In this document: one piece after another, positions 50,666 through 61,878 of the stretch | Position numbering within the stretch: the first letter of the stretch is position 1 | Layout: every line of letters starts with the position of its first letter | From: Perna viridis | Taxonomy: Eukaryota | Direction: 5' to 3' | NCBI GenBank assembly: GCA_037379345.1 | Contig: CM074518.1 | Coordinates: 24,242,001-24,306,000, forward strand | DNA: 64,000 nt | Notes under the pieces: generated by a model | What the model was told of the DNA's origin: nothing | Database searches by the model: none | The model's input: only the letters and a program-made list of their open reading frames with translations | Translations under genes and position numbers: made by a program

Positions 50666-51248
50666 CATTTTAATGAAAACTCAGACTTTACAGAATATAC
50701 TCTTGTTTCATGCTCAGGACAAACAAATTGTTCAGGACGATTAGCCAATGGTTATGTACTAGAATCAGTGGATGGGAATGTACAGATGAAATGTCCCACT
50801 ATACTAGAATGCAATGGGATACCGAACTCAAAGCATGAGATCGCAACCCCAGATGTTGCAAGACAATATAAACATTTACAGGACCTAGAAGGATTCATTC
50901 CGGAGATAGATGCACAGGCAGATATCCTGCTTCTGATAGGCCGTGACATGATGCCAGCACATCATGTCATGGATCAAAGGATCGGTGGAGATAACGAGTC
51001 CTACGGACAAACATTGAGACTAGGATGGGCGATAATAGGCGAGTCATGTTTGGGACTAGTACACACGTCTCCAATAGAATAAGACTGCAATTTTAGCAAA
51101 TGGAAGAGAATCTCATTTTGAACCTTGTGAATACAATTTCAAGGTAAAGGACAATATCGGAAATGAAACGTCAAGTCAGATCTTTCAACGTACTCCGGAA
51201 GATGATTCAACAGGTCTTTCTCAGGAAGACAGAGAATTTCTTGCGACA

Positions 51249-52889
51249 ATGGAAAAGGAATTCGTAAAGGCGGAAAATGGAAAGTTAAGTGCTCCACTTC
51301 CGTTTAAGAAGGATCGTCAAGCCTTACCTAACAACTACGCTCAAGCGAAACAGAGAGCTGAAAATCTAGCACCAAATCTCAAAAGAGACAAAATGAAACA
51401 AGGACATTTCATAGAATTCATGAGGAAATTCTTTGAGAATGATCACGTGGAAAAAGCACCCCATCTACAGGAAGGTCAGGAAGTATGGTATTTGCCAATA
51501 TTTGGTGTTTACAATGCTAAAAAACCCTCTAAAATCAGAGTAGTATTTGACTCCTCGGCTCAACATGAAGTCATCTGTTTAAATGATGTATTGCTCAAAG
51601 GACCGGATCTAACGAACAATTTGGTTGGTGTTCTGATAAAATTCCGCAAAGGAAAGTATGCAGCAACTGCGGACGTAGAACAGATGTTTTTCAATTTTGA
51701 GGTAAATTCAGAACATAGAGACTTTTTGAGATTCATCTGGTTCGAGGACAATAATATTGATAAACCTCTGAAGGAATTTAGAATGAAGGTTCATGTTTTC
51801 GGGAATTCACCGTCCCCAGCCGTTTCAACATTTGGCTTGCGAAAGGCAGTTTGTAATCACAAAGACACCACATGTGACGATGTTTGTCATTTCATTCGTG
51901 AGAACTTTTATGTTGACGATGCGCTGGTTTCTGCTGAAAACACAGAGGAAATTGGTGATTTGATCAGTTCGACACAACAAAGGCTAATACAGGGCGGTAA
52001 AATTAGGCTACATAAGATAATATCGAACAGTGGTGAGGTATTGAGAAACTTTTCATCTGAAGATATCGCGGATGGAGTAAAGGAAATGGACTTTGACAAG
52101 GACGCTTCTTTTCTGCAAAGAAGTCTTGGACTCACTTGGGATGTCATCAAAGACATTTTTACATTCAGACTATCGTTCGATGACAAACCATACACAAAAA
52201 GAGGACTTCTATCAGTGATCAACGAAATATTCGATCCTCTCGGCTTCGCCGCACCAGTAGTTCTTAGTGGTAGACTCATTTTAAGACAAGCAATTCAGGA
52301 TAGCTCTTTGCAATGGGACAACCCCCTTCCGAATGAGTTATTGTCCAAATGGCAAGAATGGAAGTCATCGCTGAAAGACTTACAGGACATTGAAATCTCG
52401 AGATCATATACTGAGTTGGCATTTGATCAGCAGAACTGTGAGTTACATGTTTTCGCAGATGCGTCCAAGGAGGCTATCTCAGCAGTAGCGTACATCCGAG
52501 TAATAGAAAACAAGAAGTCGAAATTTGGATTCATCATGGGTAAATCCAAACTGGCTCCGAATCATGGACATACGATACCTAGGTTAGAGCTATGTGCTGC
52601 TCTTCTTGCGACAGAAATTGCATGCTTCATTCAAAGACAACTAAAACTAGAGCCAAGTCAAACACATTTTTATACAGACAGTCAGGTAGTTTTAGGCTAT
52701 CTCTACAATGAAACCCGACGTTTCTACGTATATGTGAGCAATAGGGTTGATAGAATTTTGAAGGTGTCCACTAAGCATCAGTGGCATTTTGTATCAACAC
52801 AGTTTAATCCTGCAGATCATGGAACTAAACCATTAGACTCAAGTCGTTTGAAACAGACTGTTTGGTTGTCAGGACAAATATATTTGTAG
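51249..52889 (+). CDS. BEL/Pao reverse transcriptase plus RNase H (Peptidase_A17 family) fragment
   Basis: WYLPIFGVY, KIRVVFDSSA, GPDLTNNL, VFGNSPSP, NFYVDD, ELHVFADAS and TIPRLELCAA. Confidence 0.9.
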   Translation: MEKEFVKAENGKLSAPLPFKKDRQALPNNYAQAKQRAENLAPNLKRDKMKQGHFIEFMRKFFENDHVEKAPHLQEGQEVWYLPIFGVYNAKKPSKIRVVFDSSAQHEVICLNDVLLKGPDLTNNLVGVLIKFRKGKYAATADVEQMFFNFEVNSEHRDFLRFIWFEDNNIDKPLKEFRMKVHVFGNSPSPAVSTFGLRKAVCNHKDTTCDDVCHFIRENFYVDDALVSAENTEEIGDLISSTQQRLIQGGKIRLHKIISNSGEVLRNFSSEDIADGVKEMDFDKDASFLQRSLGLTWDVIKDIFTFRLSFDDKPYTKRGLLSVINEIFDPLGFAAPVVLSGRLILRQAIQDSSLQWDNPLPNELLSKWQEWKSSLKDLQDIEISRSYTELAFDQQNCELHVFADASKEAISAVAYIRVIENKKSKFGFIMGKSKLAPNHGHTIPRLELCAALLATEIACFIQRQLKLEPSQTHFYTDSQVVLGYLYNETRRFYVYVSNRVDRILKVSTKHQWHFVSTQFNPADHGTKPLDSSRLKQTVWLSGQIYL

Positions 52890-53244
52890 ACTCTCAAGAA
52901 CAATGTCCTGATTCGTTCGACATTGTAGAACCAGAAAGCGATAAAGAAATAATGCCACAAGTTCAGGTTAAGAAGACATTGATCAAGTCTTCGATAGGAA
53001 CATCCAGATTTGAAAGGTTTTCTTCTTGGAATAGATTAGTGAATGCGATAACTGTCTTAAAACAGAGACTTTCAAAACACTATCAAAGAAAACATGCGAC
53101 GGTAGAAAATCGAAGCAAGGTAGGCTTCATGAATGAATCTGAAGCTTTTATCATAAAAGCAGTACAGGAGGAATTTTTTGACAGAGAACTTGATTCTCAT
53201 AAGAACGATAGACCGCTACGGAAGGATAGCAGTATCATTGATTT

Positions 53245-54501
53245 ATGTGTGTTGCAGGTCGATTACGTCAGTCAAAACTAGAAACAGGCGAGAAAACACC
53301 GATAATCATACCGGGCAAAAGTCATTTTGGCACTTTGATTGTAAGACACTTCCACAATCATGTATATCATCAGGGTAGACACATAACAGCAGGATCCATT
53401 CGATCAAATGGATACTGGATAACAGGAGGAAAAAGACTCATAAACTCAATCTTGTATAAGTGTATTCAATGTAAGAAACTCAGAGGTAAAGTTAGTCAAC
53501 AGAAAATGGCAGATCTTCCAACAGATAGAATTACGCCAACGCCACCATTTACATGTGTTTCAGTTGACTGTTTTGGTCCGTGGAACATCGTTTCAAGACG
53601 AACCCGCGGAGGCCTAGCACAGGCTAAAAGATGGGCTGTGATCTTCTCCTGCCTTGTGACACGTGCAATACACATTGCAGTTCTAGAGGATATGTCATCG
53701 GCGTCTTTCATTAATGCCCTACGTCGGTTCGTTGCGCTAAGAGGACCAGTGTCAGAATTCCGATCAGATCATGGCACAAACTTTATAGTAGCGGTCAATG
53801 AAATGAACATTCAAGCAATAAATGTGCAAGATCAACCGATAGAAGATTTCTTGCAAGAGAAACGAATTGTGTGGAGATTTAGTCCACCGTGTGCGTCACA
53901 CATGAATGGAGCTGTAGAAGGGATGATAGGTTTGACTAGGAGAATTTTAGATTCAATGTTGATGGATCAAAATCTCAAACAATTGACACATGAAGTTTTG
54001 TGCACTCTCATGGCGGAGATATACTGTATCGTAAACAGTCGCCCACTTGTACCAGTTTCAAGTGATCCTATGGAACCAACAGTTCTCACGCCGAACGTTT
54101 TGCTCACTCAGAAAGTCAACCACAACGACATTGATGCAGAAAGTATCGAAACTTTTGAACAATTGAGCATCAAAGACATCTACAGATCAACTTCGAGGCA
54201 AGTTCAAGTTCTTGCTAATCAGTTTTGGAAGCGATGGAACTGTCAGTATTTACAAAGTCTTCAACGTAGGCGAAAATGGAATTCTGAGGAGCGTAATCTA
54301 CAACAAGGCGATGTAGTGCTGATGATTGAGGATAACGTACACAGGAGCCAATGGCCAACAGGAATAGTAGATGAAGTGTTTCCGAATAAATCTGAAGGAC
54401 TAGTCCGAAAGGTATCAGTGCGGATCATTCGAGATGGCAAAGCTACGAACTACATAAGACCCATCACAAAACTTGTGTTCTTGATGTCAGATAAGAGTTA
54501 A
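53245..54501 (+). CDS. BEL/Pao integrase
   Basis: H..V.HQG, C..C, MADLP, VDCFGP, FINALRRF, SDHGTNF and DUF5641-like QFWKRW..YL..LQ.R.KW...RPITKL. Confidence 0.9.
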   Translation: MCVAGRLRQSKLETGEKTPIIIPGKSHFGTLIVRHFHNHVYHQGRHITAGSIRSNGYWITGGKRLINSILYKCIQCKKLRGKVSQQKMADLPTDRITPTPPFTCVSVDCFGPWNIVSRRTRGGLAQAKRWAVIFSCLVTRAIHIAVLEDMSSASFINALRRFVALRGPVSEFRSDHGTNFIVAVNEMNIQAINVQDQPIEDFLQEKRIVWRFSPPCASHMNGAVEGMIGLTRRILDSMLMDQNLKQLTHEVLCTLMAEIYCIVNSRPLVPVSSDPMEPTVLTPNVLLTQKVNHNDIDAESIETFEQLSIKDIYRSTSRQVQVLANQFWKRWNCQYLQSLQRRRKWNSEERNLQQGDVVLMIEDNVHRSQWPTGIVDEVFPNKSEGLVRKVSVRIIRDGKATNYIRPITKLVFLMSDKS

Positions 54502-54665
54502 ACCGAAAAGTGTGGAATTGTGAAAAAGTGTTTTGTACATATTGTGGGTTTATATTTGGTGAATTTGTTTATTTTGAAACATTTTTGAAACTGATTTGAT
54601 ATATTTTATCGAAATGTAGTAATTTTGAAATCAAAATTAGGCGGGGAATGTGGTGTCCCAGTACA

Positions 54666-57600
54666 TTATAAATCTTTTAAACCCAAACAGATTTTTTCCG
54701 AGCAAAATGTTTTTAGTTTCTTCAATGTTTCGCACTACGTTGCAGACTCGGAAATAACAGATAAATTAGTTAATCTTGGCCTTGAAGTGAAGTCATCGAT
54801 GAAACGAAACGTTCACCCAGGCACTCAAGTGGAAAATGGCACGAGGTATGTTGTGGTGAAATTCAACAATGAAATTAAAAGCCTCCCTTACACGATGAAA
54901 TTACCAACAGGTGTTAACTCGTTTGAGTATATTCGTGTGACACACGATAATCAGAGAAAAGTTTGTACCAAATGCTTTGAAACCGATCATGTGTTTTCGA
55001 AGTGTCCAGAAAACAGATGTTTCAAGTGTTTAAGGCTTGGGCACTTAGCCCGATTTTGTAACACTCCTCCATGTAGTAAGTGTAATCTGCATGTGACGAT
55101 ATGTAAGTGCCCCAGTTGGCCGATGACACACATGAATCCCAAAACAATTATGATAATGAGGAGATCGACACTGATGAGAATGTCGAAAAAGATGAGATAG
55201 GCAGTGATGATGAGTATGATGATATCAAAGATGATGATGTTGATGTTGCTAATGGTAGAGAAAAAGGTGATGATCCTGTTACAAATGAACATGATGAGAG
55301 CATAAATGATAACAATCATGATGATACACATAAATCTGGAGAAAATAGTGATGATAATGGACAATCTGACGAGGAACTATACCTGATGGCCTCTGGTGGA
55401 AATCAGACGGAACAATTAGACAATAACTCTTTTGTTGATTTACCTGTTAAAAAAGTAATGAAAAATCAACTAGCCCTCCCCCTCTACTTTACAATCCCCT
55501 CCTCATCACACTAAGTCTGCCCCCTCTGGTATAAATAGTGATACTGAGGTGACTGATGACGAGTTGGCTGTGAATATGGTGAAAATTCGCCGCAAAAGAT
55601 TGGTGAATGGTCCAAAGTTTTCGAAAGATGAATTGAAAAAGATAAGAAAGGATCCAAGAAACAAATTAACAGAATCAAATTCATCCGATTCAATCTTTTT
55701 CAATTTATTATTATCTTTCAGATGATAAGTATTGTTTCTTTCAATGTAAATGGTCTTCGAGACTTGTCAAAATTTCAGCAGTTATGTACTTACTGTTCTG
55801 AAAATTATTATGATGTTGTAGGGTTACAAGAAACTTTTTGGTCAGAAGATTTAATTGATAATTTGTCTAAGTTCTGGAGTTGTCAAATATTTCATTCATG
55901 TAGTGATATTCACAGACAAGGTGTAGCCTTTTTAATAAGCAAAAAAATAGAAAATGAAGTAAAATATATACAGGGTTTCGATGGTAGGTGTATTCAAATA
56001 CAGCTTCACCAGGATGACAAAGTTTTTGACATTGTTGTGCTCCTAATTTAGTCCTTGAGAGGAGCAAGTTTTTTGACAGCATATTAGATAATTTATCTGA
56101 CCCCGAAAATGTCATTCTGTTGGGGGATTTGAATACATCTATGTCAACACTTGATAGGTGTGGCAGATCACAACACACTGTAGACAAAGCTTATAAATCT
56201 ATTAGTAAATTTTGTGACAATTTCAACCTTTATGATGTATGGCGCTCAAGGAATCCAAATGCTCGAGTGTACTCTTGGCGCCGAGTGGTTCAAAATATTC
56301 TCATTCAGAGTAGGATTGACTTCATCTTTATTCCAAAATCTTTTTCTGTTTTTGTCAAAAATATTTATCATAAACACAGCACTTTCAGTGATCATTCTTT
56401 AGTAGTTTTAAATATAGAATTTTGTGAAGTTGAGAGAGGTCCAGGATTATGGGTGTTTAATAACACACTGTTAAATGATGAAGAGTTTGTTTTAAAAATT
56501 GAGAAATTAATAGAAACTGAAAAACAGTGTAGACAATATGATGACGAGCCACTGATTTGGTATGATAATTTAAAATTTAAGATTAAACAACTATCTAAAG
56601 TAGTTTCAAAAGATAAAAAGCGTGCCGAAAGATCGGAATATTTTAAAATTCAAAGAGAATTCGAAAAGTTCTCTCTTGCTGTGGCAAATGATGAAGAGGT
56701 TGATATAAATAAATTTGAAGAAATTAAATTAAAACTTAAAAGTCACGAGGACATAATCTGCAAAGGAGCTATATTACGCTCTAAAGCTCACTGGGCTATT
56801 GAAGGTGATACAAATTCTAAGTATTTTTTAGAGCTTGAAAAATATAAGCAAAAAAGTAATGCTATCAAAGAGTTGAAAACAAAAGAAGGTATCATTGTAA
56901 ATACAACTGAACAAATTTTAGAAGAAGTGAGGTCCTTTTATGAGGAGTTGTATTCCTGTACGCACATTAACAAGAATAGCGCACATGAGATTTTAGATTT
57001 TATTACCAAAAAAGTTCCGGAAAATGATATGAAAAATTTAGAAGCTGATTTTACTTGCGACGAAATTAAAACGGCACTATTTAGTATGACAAAAAATAAA
57101 TCGCCGGGTCCGGATGGTTTAACTGCGGAATTTTTTTGCAGGTTTTATCATTTGTTTGAAAATATTTTTATGAAAATATTTAGTATTATTCAAGAAGAGC
57201 AGATTATGACTAGATCAATAAGACATGGGGTTATAACCTTAATCTATAAAAATTCATTAAAGAATTTCAGACCGATTTCTTTATTATGCGTTGATTACAA
57301 AATAATGGCTCGCATCATGTCGAACCGACTAAAATTCGTTCTGCCTAAATTAATATCGAATAGCCAAACGTGTTGTATTTTAGGTCGTGATATTGCTGAT
57401 ACGACTTCGAGTATTCGAGATCTGATAGAAATAATTGAAAACGATAATTTAGAAGCATATCTGATAAAAGTAGACCAAGAGAAAGCCTTTGATGAAGTTG
57501 ATCATGATTACCTTTTTCTTGTTTTACAGAAATTTGGCTTTGGTCCAAAATTTATAGAGTGGATTAAAATATTTTACAAAAATGTTAACAGTAGTGTCAA

Positions 57601-60600
57601 ATGTAATGGCTTCTTGACCAAGTATGTTAAGCTTAAAAATTCTATAAAACAAGGATGTCCGCTTTCCGCGTTATTGTACGTTTTCGCCGCAGAACCACTA
57701 GGACAAGCCATAGCAAAAAATCAAACTATACGAGGAGTAACAATTCCGAAATCTGAAAGAGAAGCGCGAATATTTCAACACGCAGATGACACGAATATTT
57801 TCGCAAGTGACAAAAACTCGATAGATTAAGTTTTCGATGTTTTGAAACTTTATAGTGATGCGTCCGGTGCGAAAATCAACAAGCAAAAATCAGAAATTAT
57901 GTGTCTCGGGTCCGGAAATTTATCTGATAACGAGCTAAATAAATTAGAAATACAAAGATGTGAAGATGTTACAAAAGTGCTAGGCATTTACGTTGGTATA
58001 AACCGAAATGCGCGTGACGACCTCAACTGGAGAGACAAGCTTAAGAAAATAAAAACTATTTTATTTTTCTGGCTAAAACGAAATTTAACATACCCGGTCG
58101 AGCCACGGTTTTGACATCGTTAATTATATCACGGTTTTACTATACTCTCACAGTTTATCCACTACCGGAATATGTAAAAAATGAACTTCGAGTAGCCGTC
58201 ATGAAGTTTCTGTGGCAAAACAAAGCGCATTTAGTGAAATATCAAACTAAAAATAGTTGGTGAAAAAATTTCCGGTGGGTTAAATATCCCTGATATTTTT
58301 ATAAAGATGCAAGCATTCCGGATAAAATTTCTCCGGAAATATTTAGATCCTGATTGTACATCCATTTGGAAAGTAACACTAGATTATTTTATTTTCAAAA
58401 TTGATCACATGAATCTTAAGCAGAATATTGTGTACACATTTTTGAATTCTGCTCAGCTGAAAAGGTTGCCTCTTTATTATCAGGAGATGTTTGCAGCTTT
58501 TTACAGAATAAAATCCAAGTTGAAATTTCAAATCGAAGTTCAACATGCCTACAGTAATCCGATATTTTGTAACCCGAAAATAACACACAACGGTAAGAAG
58601 CTTCTTTTTGACGACTTTGCACAAGCCGGTTTGATTCAAATTAAGGATGTGTGTTATGAATTCATTCCTGGATTTTTCACTTCTGATGCGATAGTAGAAA
58701 TTATTCATCGTAGATTTCCGGACGAAAAACCATACACAATCGAATCCGCTTTTAACAAGATATTGCGTTGTATTCCTGACGAATGGAAAATATTGCTCCG
58801 ACATAACAATCCGGTCAGTGCTAATTGCGTCCCACAAATAATGCTTTGCTTTGAAAATAATGCAGAAATTCCATTATTAACGGCTGTAACAAAACAAATA
58901 TACAAACTCTTCATGTCTACTTTCTTTGAAAAACCGACCTCTGAGTTAAAGTGGGCGGCGAAATTTCCATAGATCAATTTTAGACAAGTGTACTCAGTAG
59001 CCAATCAGGTGGGACTTTGTCCAGATCTTCATTGTTTGAATTATAGGCTGGTTAATAGAGCAATTTTCACACTTGATAAACTGTCTAAATTTAGTCAGGT
59101 AGATACCAATACATGTAAAGCGTGCGGGTATTGTACTGAGGATTTAGCACACCTGTTTATTTTTTGTACGAAATTAAAATCAGTACATGATTACCTGAAA
59201 GATTTATTACATAACATATTTATTAATGTCCCACCTGATATTGTAAACATGATCAATTATGACGAACTGATATATTTTGGCTATTTGAGGTCTTCCAAAA
59301 TAGTAAATGTTCATTTTTCGAACTTTTTATTAAGTATTGCTAGATTGTGCATTTTTAAAGTCAGGAATATTCTCGTTTTTAAAGGTAAAAACTTGGATAC
59401 TTTACGTTTATTTAAGTACACAATGCAGAAGTATGTAGTACGCATATTCATTTTATAAGATGAAAAATCAAATGAGGTTTTTTGAAAAATATTTTTTACG
59501 AAACAACACACTATTGAAAATACAGAATGATAAGGTAGTTTTATTTCTGTAGCTACTGGGGAGGTAGACTTCAGTCTGGCAGTTTTGGGGTTCTAATTAT
59601 TTAAATTTTAGTTGGTACATTAGTCGTTGCCCTGCACGGAATTTACTTATTTACTGTTCGGTAGAGAGGCGCTTGCCACCTATCGTTAGGTTCGACTAAG
59701 TCTGGTGCGGGCCGATGGTGATATACTTTGTTGCATTTAGTAGATTGGTAGTCGTTGTCTTTTATCTACACAGTGTACAGTAAACAAAATGGATAACTTT
59801 ACAATTTACACATACACGTACATGAATGGTATGAACACATAGAAATGACGTTAATAGTTACTTTGGGACTGTAGATTATATCTATTTTCTCTCTAACCAA
59901 TTGAATGAATGCAATGATACTTATGCAAATGTGGTCACGAATGATTACATAAGGCTGTGAAAACATCGAAAATTCTATCTGTAGTTTATTTCGGGCCATA
60001 ACATGTGAAAATGACTTTTGTTGGTTTGGCTTGCGGTGTTGTGTAACTCCTTTGTGGTTAATCCATATTAAGAGTGGGCTTCAAAACTATTAATTTCGAT
60101 GTTATTTAGAACATATGAAATATTTTCAATGGTGTGTTGTAATATTTTAAACACAGTACAAATGAGGTTTTCCATCTATTATTTACATTTGCAGCAGGGT
60201 GACTAATGATAACACCCTTAAATATATTAAAGAGTATTTAAGTTAGCCGTGTATACACATTAAATTTACGAGTAAGATGTAACGGTACCATATGTAACTT
60301 TATGAGGGTGACTAATAATAACACCTGAAAGAATTCTAAAGGGTTTTAGTCATATATACATATTAAAAAAGGTGACTAATGATAACACCCCAAAACTTCT
60401 TAGAATCAGGGTGACAGTACAAGTCAAAACTGCCCGTTGCTATGGTTCAGTATACAAAGAAGAATAACTTAAGTAATTATGGGTCTTCTATTGGTTCCGG
60501 ATTATAAAATTATATAAAATTATATAAATTATATAAAATTGCTCGCTGCTATGGTTCAGTATGAGTATACAAAGAAGAATAACTTAAGTAATTATGACTT

Positions 60601-60918
60601 TAATGAGACCACAGTTGTGATCTCCCCTGGATAGTGCATGCATATAGACAGGATCTTCTATTGGTTCCGTATTACTTTTTATATACGATGAAACCAATAG
60701 ACGGCACTGATAACTTCTGCACCCAACATTCAATACTATACAAGTAAATAAAGACATTGGATTAATTACATCAATGATGGAATCCCTCACAGGTGTACAA
60801 GATTAACTCCACATTATAGTATTTAATATTTAGCACTGTGATAGCGGATTTCGGGGATTGTCCGATTCCGTTTTTATTGTATTGTATGTATTATAATTTT
60901 AATAAATGATAAAAAAAA
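54666..60918 (+). mobile_element. Tx1-clade LINE B (5'-deleted, 3'-complete with poly(A))
   Basis: Partial ORF1 with CTKCFETDHVFSKC and CFKCLRLGHLARFC; ORF2 from 55722 to about 59550 (SFNVNGL, GLQETFW, SPGPDGL, QGCPLS, FQHADDT, CKAC..EDLAHLFIFC) with a few frameshifts; about 1.4-kb 3' UTR; aataaa at 60901-60906 and A8 at 60911-60918. Confidence 0.92.
56120..57829 (+). CDS. Tx1-B ORF2 core (APE C-terminus plus RT), largest intact segment
   Basis: 569-aa ORF containing GDLN, SRIDFIF, SDH and RT motifs through HADD. Confidence 0.85.
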   Translation: MGDLNTSMSTLDRCGRSQHTVDKAYKSISKFCDNFNLYDVWRSRNPNARVYSWRRVVQNILIQSRIDFIFIPKSFSVFVKNIYHKHSTFSDHSLVVLNIEFCEVERGPGLWVFNNTLLNDEEFVLKIEKLIETEKQCRQYDDEPLIWYDNLKFKIKQLSKVVSKDKKRAERSEYFKIQREFEKFSLAVANDEEVDINKFEEIKLKLKSHEDIICKGAILRSKAHWAIEGDTNSKYFLELEKYKQKSNAIKELKTKEGIIVNTTEQILEEVRSFYEELYSCTHINKNSAHEILDFITKKVPENDMKNLEADFTCDEIKTALFSMTKNKSPGPDGLTAEFFCRFYHLFENIFMKIFSIIQEEQIMTRSIRHGVITLIYKNSLKNFRPISLLCVDYKIMARIMSNRLKFVLPKLISNSQTCCILGRDIADTTSSIRDLIEIIENDNLEAYLIKVDQEKAFDEVDHDYLFLVLQKFGFGPKFIEWIKIFYKNVNSSVKCNGFLTKYVKLKNSIKQGCPLSALLYVFAAEPLGQAIAKNQTIRGVTIPKSEREARIFQHADDTNIFASDKNSID

Positions 60919-60982
60919 TAAGGCGCTGCGTTCAGGTCGCAGTCTGGTTCTCCAGGCGTGGGTTCGAATCCCACTTCTGACA
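60919..60982 (+). pseudogene. trnL-CAG: 3' part (positions 21-84) of tRNA-Leu(CAG), directly after the Tx1-B poly(A)
   Basis: taaggcgctgcgttcagg...gttcgaatcccacttctgaca is identical to 61481-61544 and has the same downstream spacer. Confidence 0.93.
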
Positions 60983-61460
60983 TACCTTATTTTTGGTAAC
61001 ATTTTACAAGTATACTTTCTTCATTCATTTCGAAAACCGATTTAGAAGTACCCTTAATCATACATGGATAAAGTGAAAGTCTTTTCCATCCAAAGGTAAC
61101 TCTGGGAAAAGTCATTTTGATACTACAATTTGCAATCAACATCCAAGAGAATACCGTGCTTTTAACATTGGAAAAATACAGTTTACTGTTTCCTGTGTTT
61201 TCATGAAATCAATGGATATTGCGGAGAACAATGTTATCTTTTTAAAAAAACCTTTTCAAAAAATTGCTTAATCATTTGAAGTTTTGTTTCTGGAAAGAAA
61301 TATTTTTCCCGCCTTTTTACAGATAGGAGATCGGAATATTCGAGAAGCACAGAAACTGTATATAAGATAATTTATATGTAATTGGTAAGAACTTTTATAC
61401 AAAAATGTTCAAAATTGCCGAAGAAATAAAGGACTTTAATTTCGCCACTTTTGTCACAAT
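60983..61460 (+). repeat. Spacer of the tRNA-Leu tandem unit (unit about 562 bp)
   Basis: The first 79 bp recur at 61545-61623 with 1 mismatch; the last 22 bp recur at 41767-41788. Confidence 0.85.
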
Positions 61461-61544
61461 GTCAGGATGGCCGAGTGGTCTAAGGCGCTGCGTTCAGGTC
61501 GCAGTCTGGTTCTCCAGGCGTGGGTTCGAATCCCACTTCTGACA
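61461..61544 (+). tRNA. trnL-CAG: tRNA-Leu(CAG), intact
   Basis: Acceptor GTCAGGA/TTCTGAC plus A, A box TGGCCGAGTGG, anticodon arm CTGCG-TTCAGGT-CGCAG, long variable arm, B box GGTTCGAATCC. Confidence 0.97.
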
Positions 61545-61551
61545 TACCTTA

Positions 61552-61556
61552 TTTTT
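61552..61556 (+). terminator. Pol III terminator (T5)
   Basis: TTTTT 7 nt after the tRNA end; the same run follows the copy ending at 60982. Confidence 0.8.
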
Positions 61557-61878
61557 GGTAACATTTTACAAGTATACTTTCTTCATTCATTTCGAAAACC
61601 GATTTAGAAGTACTCTTAATCATGGTCGGTTTTTGGATGCATCATCTGTAGGATGTAAACATTGTGTCGTCCGAGAATTTTTCTTTGTTTGGTGAGTTCT
61701 TCGCCGTATTTTTGTGTGTAAATATTTCCTGAACATTGTTAGATCATATTTGCTTTAAAGTGATAATAGTTTCCATATAAATATTCGTTTTATATCCCCT
61801 TTTCCTGCTTTTTCGTAGCAGGAAAAGGGGGGAGGAAAGGTGCGCTCGATTCTTTTCTTGAGATCCATCTAAGAACTA

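Larger units (their letters stand above)
47601..54665 (+). mobile_element. BEL/Pao LTR retrotransposon with near-complete internal region and truncated LTRs
   Basis: Probable 5' LTR remnant ends ...cataaca at 48242; gag-pol 48274-54501 in frameshifted pieces; PPT aggcggggaa at 54639-54648 followed by TG at 54649. Confidence 0.88.

Noticed and set aside
41855-60918. A single Tx1 element split by the BEL insertion
   Set aside because: Each side carries its own ORF1 and ORF2 with clearly different sequence, so these are two elements.
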